Source of the DNA: Thermoanaerobaculia bacterium
Lineage (GTDB): Bacteria; Acidobacteriota; Thermoanaerobaculia; Multivoradales; UBA5704
Assembly: GCA_036399915.1 (NCBI GenBank)
Contig: DASWME010000013.1
Location: 1,724 to 65,723, forward strand
Direction of reading: 5' to 3'
Length of the DNA: 64,000 nucleotides
Under the pieces are notes generated by a model. It was not told the origin of the DNA. It ran no database searches and worked only from the letters and a program-made list of their open reading frames with translations. Position numbers and translations under genes: made by a program. This document shows, in pieces, positions 9,609-17,173 of this stretch. The first letter of the stretch is position 1, and each line of letters starts with the position of its first letter.

Positions 9609-11306
9609 CTATTTCCTCTTCGCCTCCATCACCCGTCCGCCCTGGTGCAGCTTCAGCCCGGTCACCTGGCCGCCCTCCCCGCGCACGAACTCCAACTGCG
9701 CGTCCACCTCCTTGAGGAAGAACCGCGTCTCCGACTCGGGGAAGATCTCCAGCTTCGGCTGCCCCGTGGCCTGGGCGAAGATCTTGTCGCCTTCGCGGGT
9801 GATGGTGAGGACGAAGCCGGGACGCAGCTCGTACTCGCCGGCCAAGGCGTCGTAGAGGGCGGGGTCGAGCCGGATCGCCTTGCGCTCCTGGGGAAGGGGA
9901 TCGGTCGTCTTCGTGCCGGACTCCTCCGGGCCGCTGCGGGGCGTAAAGTCCGCGCCCGTGACCCTCCCCTGAGCGTCGCGCCGGAAGTGGAGGCGGGCGT
10001 CGCCGTCCTTGAAGAAGAACTCGTCGCGGGCCGTGGCGAGGATCTCCTGCCTGCTGCCGCCGCTCCTCTGGGAAAACAGCTTCGGTCCCTCGCGGGTGAT
10101 GGTGCGGGTCGTCTGCTCGTCGAAGCGGTAGACGCCCACGTACTCGTCCAGCTTCTTGTCGTCGAGCGTCACCGGCGTCCGCTCCTCGAGCGGCTTGCCC
10201 AGGGCCTTGGCCGCGATGCGCAGGGCCAGGGAGTCCGGCGACGTCTCCGGGCTGTCGCTGTTGGACAGGATGGCCACGAACAGCCCCTCCTCCGGCACGC
10301 GCAGCAGGAAAGACGTGTAGCCGAAGATGCCTCCCCCGTGCTCCAGCACCCGCCGCCCTTCGAGCTCGTAGACCCCGAGGCCATAGCCATAGCGGGTGGA
10401 CCGCCCCGAGCTCAGCCGGGCAGGCGTGAACATCCGTTCCAGGGAAGCCTTCTTGAGCAGCGTCTCGCCCGCCAGGGCCCGGTCCCAGATCGCGAGGTCG
10501 TCCACCGTGGACATCAGCGACCCGGCGGAGTAAGGCTGGGTCATGCTCACGTAGTTGGCATGGCGGAAGCCGTTTTCGTCCCGGGTGTAGCCGGCGGCCC
10601 GGCGGGGGATGACCTCCTCGTGGTGGCCGTACCGGGAGTGGGTCATGCCGAGCTTCTGGAAGATCTCCTCCTCCACGAACCGCTCATAGCTCTTGCCCGA
10701 CGCCTTCTCGATGACGGCCCCGAGGAGGATGTAGGCCGAGTTGTTGTACCGCCACTGCTCGCCCGGCTTGAACTCCAGGGGCTTGTCCTTGAACAGGGCA
10801 ATCACGTCCTCCACCTTCAGGTCCTCCCGGATGCGGGAGAACCACTCCGGCAGGCCCGTGTAGCTCGGGATGCCCGACGTGTGGGTGAGCAGGTGCTCGA
10901 TCGTGATCTTCTCGCCGTGGGTGGGATAGTCCGGGAGGTACTTCGTGACCTCGTCCGCCAGCCGGAGCTTCCCCTGCTCCTCAAGCATCAGGATGGCCGC
11001 CGCCGTGAACTGCTTGGTGACGGACCCGATCTCGAACACCATGTCGGGCGACACCGGCACCCCGAGCTCCAGGTTGGCCATGCCATACCCCTTACGGAGC
11101 ACCACCTGGCCGTCCTTCATCACGAGCACCGCCGCCCCCGGCTGGTCCGCCGGATACGCGGCAGCGAGGAGCCGGTCCGCATAGGCCGCGAGGTCCGCCG
11201 GCGCCGTGGCCGCCCGGGCGGGGGCCAGAGAGAGGGCGAGAACCAGAAGGAAAGCGAACACCACCCGGAAGCGGGCGGGAAACGACTGCGAAGCCTGTAC
11301 GTTCAT
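9609..11306 (-). CDS. Serine hydrolase (beta-lactamase family) with two C-terminal DUF3471-like domains
   Basis: GSVTK (SxxK), YNN, LLTHTSG, HGGG; repeated C-terminal Y.G.Y...ITREG.KL..Q..G. Confidence 0.9.
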   Translation of the reverse strand: MNVQASQSFPARFRVVFAFLLVLALSLAPARAATAPADLAAYADRLLAAAYPADQPGAAVLVMKDGQVVLRKGYGMANLELGVPVSPDMVFEIGSVTKQFTAAAILMLEEQGKLRLADEVTKYLPDYPTHGEKITIEHLLTHTSGIPSYTGLPEWFSRIREDLKVEDVIALFKDKPLEFKPGEQWRYNNSAYILLGAVIEKASGKSYERFVEEEIFQKLGMTHSRYGHHEEVIPRRAAGYTRDENGFRHANYVSMTQPYSAGSLMSTVDDLAIWDRALAGETLLKKASLERMFTPARLSSGRSTRYGYGLGVYELEGRRVLEHGGGIFGYTSFLLRVPEEGLFVAILSNSDSPETSPDSLALRIAAKALGKPLEERTPVTLDDKKLDEYVGVYRFDEQTTRTITREGPKLFSQRSGGSRQEILATARDEFFFKDGDARLHFRRDAQGRVTGADFTPRSGPEESGTKTTDPLPQERKAIRLDPALYDALAGEYELRPGFVLTITREGDKIFAQATGQPKLEIFPESETRFFLKEVDAQLEFVRGEGGQVTGLKLHQGGRVMEAKRK

Positions 11307-11376
11307 GAACTGGAACTCCTTGTCTCTCACAATCCTACGCTGATGAGGTGGGGAAGTTTACAGCGGCCAGGAAGGG

Positions 11377-11407
11377 GCCAGGGGGCAGCCGGCCACTGCC
11401 CCCTGGC
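11377..11407. terminator. 12-bp GC stem-loop
   Basis: GCCAGGGGGCAG-ccggcca-CTGCCCCCTGGC; no clear U-tract. Confidence 0.35.
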
Positions 11408-11463
11408 ATTGCATAGGCGGGGACCGGGGAGGCGGTCGCCAGCCGCTCCCCGGCAGGATTCAG

Positions 11464-11475
11464 TTGTCAAAGAGC
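11464..11475 (-). promoter_or_regulatory. boxA-like element GCTCTTTGACAA
   Basis: Close to the Nus-factor boxA consensus (TGCTCTTTAACA); lies 20 nt after a stop and upstream of a strong hairpin. Confidence 0.35.
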
Positions 11476-11495
11476 TCCGTGCCGCCTCTCTTGCC

Positions 11496-11852
11496 TCAGG
11501 GCTTCACAACCTCAGCCCGTCGGCGCGCACGGCGACCACGCTTGCGGATGGGTCTGATGCCATAGAGCAGGAGCTTCTCCGTCCAAATCCCCAGCATGCC
11601 CTTGATGTAGCTGCGCAGACGGATGGAGGCGTCCTTCCCCTCGGCGACCGCCTCGTGGTACCGCTGGGTCGCATCCTGGGCGGAGGTGTACAGCGTGTCC
11701 CGCAGGCTGCTGAAGGCTTCCGTCCTGGCGTAGGCCTTTTCCAAAGCCTCCCGCAGCGGTGCGACGCCCGCTAGCTCGGACTCGTTCTCACGCACCGCCT
11801 GCAGCAGGCCGTACCACTCGTTGAGGAAGGGGTTCTTCGAAGATCTCGGCAT
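11496..11852 (-). CDS. Hypothetical helical protein with basic tail (paralog of 11934-12347)
   Basis: MPRSSKN...EKLLLYGIRPIRKRGRRARRR; AGGAG RBS. Confidence 0.75.
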   Translation of the reverse strand: MPRSSKNPFLNEWYGLLQAVRENESELAGVAPLREALEKAYARTEAFSSLRDTLYTSAQDATQRYHEAVAEGKDASIRLRSYIKGMLGIWTEKLLLYGIRPIRKRGRRARRRAEVVKP

Positions 11853-11892
11853 GATATTCTCCTTGTGTCGATCCGGTTCCGGAATCGGTAAA

Positions 11893-11919
11893 GGGGGGCG
11901 TGCTCTGAACACGCCCCCC
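11893..11919 (-). terminator. Putative intrinsic terminator/hairpin between the two paralogs
   Basis: GGGGGGCGTG-7nt-CACGCCCCCC stem, followed by TTTA on the - strand. Confidence 0.45.
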
Positions 11920-11933
11920 GGGGGTTCAAGGGA

Positions 11934-12347
11934 CTAGGCGACAGGCTTGACGGACGGGGAGGCCATGGCGCCGGAATCGGTTCCAGGGTTCTCCCCGTTC
12001 GGCTTCTTTTCCTCCTTCTTCTTGCGCGGACGCTTGCGCAGGGGCGAGACGTTGAAGTGCACGAGGAGCTCGCTCCTCGGCCCGATCTTGCCTCTCACCA
12101 CCGAGCGGATCCGGATCGCCGTCTCCTTCGCCCGGTTGACGGCGTCCTTGAGCCGCTGCGTGGCTTCCTGGCGCAGCGCGGTCAGCTCCTCCTGGCGGGC
12201 CTTGAGGCCCTGGATCTCGGCGAGCGACCCGGCCAGGGCCTGACGCTCCGTCTCCAGGATCGGCTGCACCTCGGGGTTCCTGTCGGTGGCGTCGAGCAGC
12301 CCCTTCAGGTCCTTGGTGACCACGGCGTACGAGTTGATGCTGGCCAT
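11934..12347 (-). CDS. Hypothetical helical protein with basic tail (paralog of 11496-11852)
   Basis: ...IRIRSVVRGKIGPRSELLVHFNVSPLRKRPRKKK; AAGGAG RBS. Confidence 0.8.
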   Translation of the reverse strand: MASINSYAVVTKDLKGLLDATDRNPEVQPILETERQALAGSLAEIQGLKARQEELTALRQEATQRLKDAVNRAKETAIRIRSVVRGKIGPRSELLVHFNVSPLRKRPRKKKEEKKPNGENPGTDSGAMASPSVKPVA

Positions 12348-12369
12348 GACTGTTCTCCTTTCTTCCCGC

Positions 12370-12597
12370 TCAGGCCGCCGGGGCGGCCGTCGCCGGATGT
12401 CCGTGAAGGGTGATGGCGACCTTGGACTCGGCCAGGTCGATCGTCACCGGTTGCGAGGTGTTGACCACCAGCTCGACGAAGGCGGCCGCCCCGGCGTCGC
12501 CCTGCGTCTCCTCGACCCGCTCCGGCTTGAGCGGGATCCGGATGATTACGGTGATCATGGACTCCTGCTGCGTCGAAACAACCTGCTGCTCTTCCAT
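12370..12597 (-). CDS. Small hypothetical protein
   Basis: MEEQQVV...75 aa; AAGGAG RBS; first gene behind the promoter at 12707-12735. Confidence 0.55.
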   Translation of the reverse strand: MEEQQVVSTQQESMITVIIRIPLKPERVEETQGDAGAAAFVELVVNTSQPVTIDLAESKVAITLHGHPATAAPAA

Positions 12598-12706
12598 ACA
12601 ACCACTCCTTTCAAAAAACCGGCAGCCTTGATTGGCCTCCGGCTGAAACGCCAATGAGCAGTATCACTGTGATGAACTTCGTGTCAGAGCTGCTTGTTGA
12701 GGCGCA

Positions 12707-12735
12707 ACGGTACGCGAAGATTCTGGGGCTGTCAA
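12707..12735 (-). promoter_or_regulatory. Sigma70-type promoter
   Basis: TTGACA-17 nt-TACCGT on the - strand in an AT-rich intergenic region. Confidence 0.55.
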
Positions 12736-12948
12736 GAGGCAAAACGAGTCAAATTGATATTTCTTTGTGGAGATCTTGTTGTTCGCGTCAAGGCGCTACG
12801 AAAACGAGGCGCCTTTTCCTTTCGGACGCAAGCCGCGCCGAAGCAGGGAGAAAGCAGAAGGGGTAAGAGGCGGAAAAAAAGGGGGGCACCTAGGCCCCAC
12901 CCCATCCAATGCGACGGCAGTCCCGGCCTGAGACTGCCCTGGGAGGGC

Positions 12949-13362
12949 TCAGCGGCGGCGCAGGGTCTCCTCCAGCGCCTCGCGCAGCCAGCCGTGCATC
13001 TCCAGCCGGGCCACCAGGAGCTGGGTGTCGAGGAACTCCTCGAACCTCAGGCTGAGGGCCGACGCCTGCTCCTCCGGCGTGGCCTGCTCCTCGACCAGCG
13101 GCTTGAGCGGCGGGACCGGCTCGCCGCGCGCCTGGTAGAGCGCCTGGTGGAGGTCCAGGATGTCCATCTCCAGCGCTGTGAGGATGCGCTGCAGGTTCTC
13201 CATGGTCGGGTCATGGACCCCCCTCTCGTACAGGCTGATGACCTGCGGCGTCGTCCCCGCCCGCTCGGCCAGCTCCCTCTGCGACAGGTTCGCCCGCCGC
13301 CGCAGCAGCTTCAGCGCCAGAGGCAGCCCCTGGAAGATCCTCCGCTTCTTCGCCTTGCTCAT
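12949..13362 (-). CDS. XRE-family HTH transcriptional regulator
   Basis: LKLLRRRANLSQRELAERAGTTPQVISLYERGVHDPT; ATGA overlap with the upstream gene. Confidence 0.9.
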   Translation of the reverse strand: MSKAKKRRIFQGLPLALKLLRRRANLSQRELAERAGTTPQVISLYERGVHDPTMENLQRILTALEMDILDLHQALYQARGEPVPPLKPLVEEQATPEEQASALSLRFEEFLDTQLLVARLEMHGWLREALEETLRRR

Positions 13363-13604
13363 CGCCGCTCCGCGCCCGGCCCCAGCGCCGCCGCGGCCGA
13401 GCGCAGGTCGTCGATCGCCGGCGTCACCGAGTCCACCACCACGCAGCGGAGCCGGTCGCGCAGCGCTACCGCGTCGTCCTCCGGCCCGTCCTCCCAGAGC
13501 TCGGGCAGGCCCGCGGCCGCGGCTTCCAGCCGCTCGCGGATCCCTTCCAGCTCGCGGGCCAGCTCCGTCAGCAACGCCTTGGCGGAAGCCTGGGCTTCAT
13601 TCAT
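13359..13604 (-). CDS. Small helical 'PAIDDL' protein (paralog of 44988-45218)
   Basis: LEGIRERL...LRCVVVDSVTPAIDDLRSAA; translationally coupled on both sides. Confidence 0.7.
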   Translation of the reverse strand: MNEAQASAKALLTELARELEGIRERLEAAAAGLPELWEDGPEDDAVALRDRLRCVVVDSVTPAIDDLRSAAAALGPGAERR

Positions 13605-13846
13605 CAACGGCATCCCTCCATCTCGACGGCGCCGGGGTCCCCGGGAGCCCGATCCTCCCCGGGTCCCCCGAGCGCCTCGTCCCCGAGCGCCCACAGCCTT
13701 CGTGTCATCCGCACGCATTGCGCGCAGCCGGTCAGCAGGTGGCGCACGATGACCCGCGCCTCCAGCCGGCTCGATGCGCCGCGCAGGAAGCGCGCCAGCG
13801 CCTGCGGGTCGGGATGGGCCGGCCAAGGCTCGTCGAACGCCCTCAT
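13604..13846 (-). CDS. Small zf-HC2-like (anti-sigma-type zinc finger) protein (paralog of 45215-45631)
   Basis: HPDPQALARFLRG...EARVIVRHLLTGCAQC. Confidence 0.7.
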   Translation of the reverse strand: MRAFDEPWPAHPDPQALARFLRGASSRLEARVIVRHLLTGCAQCVRMTRRLWALGDEALGGPGEDRAPGDPGAVEMEGCR

Positions 13847-14037
13847 CGGACCCGAGCCTACGAGCGGTTCTCCCTTGCCGCGATCCGCGAGCCCGCAAAT
13901 CCCCATGAGGTATGCGTCCAAGGGGATGTTTTTCCGCCCGCCGGCAACTTTCCTGTCTGCTCGCAGCGGTGTCTCAGTCACGCAACCGGTGCGCCGGGCG
14001 CTCCACTTCGATTAGACTGCGCGCAAGGAGGCGCGGC

Positions 14038-15534
14038 ATGCCCAAGTCGAGGAAGCTCTCCGCCGAAGCCCTGGCGCTCCTCTACCTGCGCTCCGAGCGC
14101 GGCTGGTCGAAAAAGGAGCTCGCCTCGCACCATGGCTATGCGGACGACAAGCAGATCTCGCGCTATGAGACCGGCGAGAAGACCCTCCACCGCGACCACC
14201 TCGAAGCCCTCGCCGCCCCTCTCGGCCACCCGCCCGAAGCCCTCGACGCCCTGGTCTTCATCCACCGCCTCATCGCGCCCGAGGACCCGCAGGAGCCCGC
14301 CTCCCCCGTTGTCGTCACCCCCGCCGAGCGCCGCCGCATCGACCGCGCCGCCCTCGCCGCCGGCTGGGCCATGGCCGACGCCGTGCGCGACGAGCTGCGC
14401 CGCCGCAAGCGCGCCGAAAAGGCCGCGGCCGACCGCCGCGAGGCCCAGGAGCTGTGGGAGCGCATGAGATCCGCCACCCGCCAGGAGCGCCGCGACCTCG
14501 TCGCCGTCTTCCCGGAGTTCCGGAGCTGGGCCCTGGCGGAGAAGGTCTGCCATGAGAGCGAGCGGGCAGCGGCCCATAGAGCCGAGGACGCCCTGGACCT
14601 GGCGGATCTCGCCCTCTTCATCGCCCGGCGGATGCCGGGGGAGGAGAGCTGGCGCTCCCGCCTGGAGGGCTACTGCTGGGCCTACACCGCCAACGCCCGC
14701 CGGGTGGCCAACGACTTCGCCAAGGCGGACAAGGCCTTCGCCCGGGCCTGGGAGTTCTGGCGGGCCGGAGCCTCCACCACTCCCGAACTGCTCGCGGAGT
14801 GGCGGCTGCTCGACCTCGAAGCCTCACTGCGGCGTGCGCAGCACCGCTTTTCCGAAGCCCTGGAATTGCTCGACCGCGCCAGAGCCGCCAGCGAAGGAGA
14901 TCCCATGGCCGCCGCGCGCATCCTGCTGAAGAAGGAGCAGGTCTTCGAGCAGATGGGGGATATTCAGGGTGCCCTAGAGGCTCTGGCGGAGTCGGCCCCA
15001 TTCATAGAGGGGTCTGGGGATAGCCGTTTACTTTTCGCTTTCCACTTTAAAACTACGAATCATCTCTGGCATCTCGAGCGCTACAAGGAGGCGGCGGACC
15101 AGCTGCCGCACGTGCGCGAGCTGGCGGAACGGCAGGGCGCCGAACTGGACCTCCTGCGGGTGGTCTGGCTGGAGGCGAAGGTGGCGGCCGGCCAGGGCCG
15201 CAAGAAGGAAGCTCTCGTGGGCCTGGAGCTGGTGCGCAGCGAGTTCACGGCCCGTGCTCTCCCCTATGACGCCGCGCTCGCCGCCCTGGATCTGGCGGTG
15301 CTCTGGCTGGAGGAGGGGCGTGCGGCGGAGGTGCGAGAGCTGGCCCTCGCCATGGCGTGGATCTTCCAGGCCCAGGGGATCGCCCGTGAGGCCCTGGCGG
15401 CGCTCGCATTGTTCCGCGACGCAGCCCTGGGGGAGACGGCCACCGTGGAGCTGGTGCGGCGAACGATCGCCGAGCTAGAGAGGGCGAGGCGCTCCGCCCC
15501 TCCCCCTCGGGACGGGCGGAGGGGCCGAGAATGA
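14038..15534 (+). CDS. XRE-HTH + TPR regulator (RRNPP-like architecture), copy 1A
   Basis: N-terminal LRSERGWSKKELA..YADDKQISRYETG; helical TPR-like body (WALAEKVC, ANARRV, LLDLEASL, LALAALDLA); AAGGAGG RBS. Confidence 0.9.
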   Translation: MPKSRKLSAEALALLYLRSERGWSKKELASHHGYADDKQISRYETGEKTLHRDHLEALAAPLGHPPEALDALVFIHRLIAPEDPQEPASPVVVTPAERRRIDRAALAAGWAMADAVRDELRRRKRAEKAAADRREAQELWERMRSATRQERRDLVAVFPEFRSWALAEKVCHESERAAAHRAEDALDLADLALFIARRMPGEESWRSRLEGYCWAYTANARRVANDFAKADKAFARAWEFWRAGASTTPELLAEWRLLDLEASLRRAQHRFSEALELLDRARAASEGDPMAAARILLKKEQVFEQMGDIQGALEALAESAPFIEGSGDSRLLFAFHFKTTNHLWHLERYKEAADQLPHVRELAERQGAELDLLRVVWLEAKVAAGQGRKKEALVGLELVRSEFTARALPYDAALAALDLAVLWLEEGRAAEVRELALAMAWIFQAQGIAREALAALALFRDAALGETATVELVRRTIAELERARRSAPPPRDGRRGRE

Positions 15535-15538
15535 AAGC

Positions 15539-15850
15539 TCACGAGCCACAGTGGGGCCTGCCGCTCGGGTCGATTTGGCAGCCTTCCTTCGCTTGGTTCG
15601 TTGACGGCGGCTGCGGGGTTGGGCTGCTGATGCAGTGGCCACTCGGGTCGATGCGGCATCCTTCCTTGGTCCAGGCGTTTGTGAGGAAGTTCCAGGCGCG
15701 GCTGAAGAGGTCCAGGGAGAGCGGCCAGGAGAGTTGGGCCGGACAGGGGTTTGCGGGCCCGGGCCGCGCGGCGGCGAAGGCCCCGGAGGCGGCGAGCAGG
15801 CCGGCGAGCAGGAGGACCACGGTGGCGCGGCGGAGCGAAGGGGTGGGCAT
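15539..15850 (-). CDS. Secreted peptide precursor with two GCxIDPSG cores (peptide P1)
   Basis: Signal peptide MPTPSLRRATVVLLLAGLLAASGAFA; cores KEGCRIDPSGHC and KEGCQIDPSGRPHC; GGGAG RBS. Confidence 0.8.
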   Translation of the reverse strand: MPTPSLRRATVVLLLAGLLAASGAFAAARPGPANPCPAQLSWPLSLDLFSRAWNFLTNAWTKEGCRIDPSGHCISSPTPQPPSTNQAKEGCQIDPSGRPHCGS

Positions 15851-15958
15851 GACGGAGCTCCCTGGAGAGCGCTCCGGCGCTGGCCCCCCATGGACCGGGC
15901 GGGCGGCTCTCCGGAAAAGGTGTACCAAACGACCATACCCTATGCGTGTTCCGGGAGG

Positions 15959-16960
15959 ATGGCGAGCATGGCCAAGAAGGGGGACCCCAACGTCCTTCGC
16001 CTCGTGGTGTCGTTCCTGCGCTCCTACACGAGGATGACGCAGACGGCATTCGCCGATGCGGCCGGGGTGGCCCAGTCCGACATCTCGCGCTACCAGGCCG
16101 GCCGGCAGACGCCGCCGGAGGAGGCGCTTCGCCGCATGGCCGCGGTGGCGGGCGTGCCCTGGCCGGTGGTGATCCACGTGCGCCGCTTCTATGCCGCGGT
16201 GCTCTCCGTGGTGGCCCGCTGGAGCGCGGTCCAGCCCGGCGGCCCTCCTCTCGACGCCGCCTCCGTGGAGCGTGCCCTGCTGGCCGTGACCCCCTATCTG
16301 CTCGCGGACGCGGCGGCGGAGCCGGAGCGACCGACGCCGGAGGCGGAGTGCCGCGAGGCCGCAGAGATCTGGGCGGACTTGGAGCGCTTCCCCCTGCCGC
16401 AGCGCCGGCGGCTGATCGAGCTATCCCTTCACGCCTCGCGGAGCTGGGCCCTGGCGGAGAGGATCTGCCATGGCAGCGAGGAGGCGGCGGCCCGTAACGC
16501 GGCAGAGGCTCTGGAGCTGGCGGACCTGGCGCTGTCCATCGCCTGGCGCGTCCCGGGGGAGGAGAGCTGGCGCTCCCGGATGGAGGGTTACTGCTGGGCC
16601 TACGTGGCCAACGCCCGCCGGGCGGACAACGACCTCGCGGGAGCGGACGAGGCGTTCGCCCGCGCCTGGGACCTCTGGCGGCGGGGAGCCGAAGCCGATC
16701 CGGGGCTGCCTCCGGAGTGGCGGCTGCTCAACCTGGAAGCCTCCCTGCGGCAGGCGCAGCACCGGTTCCCCGAAGCCCTGGAATTGCTCGACCGGGCCAA
16801 GGCGGCCAGCGAAGACGATCCGGTGGCCGCGGCGCGCATCCTGCTGAAGAAGGAGCACGTCTTCGAGTAGATGGGGAGACACCCAGAGCGCGCTCGCGGC
16901 CCTGGGAGAAGCCGGCCCCGCTCGTGGAAGCCTCAGGGGATTCCCCACCTGCCGTCACTC
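15959..16960 (+). pseudogene. XRE-HTH + TPR regulator copy 1B, truncated
   Basis: Colinear with 1A at offset 1918; CAG->TAG at 16868-16870; homology continues out of frame (APLVEASGDS) to about 16950, then is replaced by lower-GC DNA. Confidence 0.8.
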
Positions 16961-17173
16961 TGCGGATCTTGCGTAGCACAACGTTCTCTGATATCCTTCA
17001 ATAAATTCTCTGTTAGTGCTAGGAACCCACGATCCGCCTCAGCAGCAATCCAGGTATCAGGCCAAGATTCTGACTCACGGTTGTATCGTAGGATCCTCAT
17101 CTTCAGCCCAGAAGAAAGAGAAAGAAGTATGGTTGTGAGAACCCCGTTTCAATTTGCACAGCACATCGCGCCG

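Noticed and set aside
14950-15070. Diversity-generating retroelement target in HTH-TPR 1A
   Set aside because: No reverse transcriptase in the window and no template/variable repeat pair differing only at adenines
16871-17128. N-terminal extension of the 768-aa ORF, suggesting a TPR-regulator/hydrolase fusion
   Set aside because: The extension is out-of-frame pseudogene remnant plus AT-rich intergenic DNA; a clear signal peptide starts at 17174
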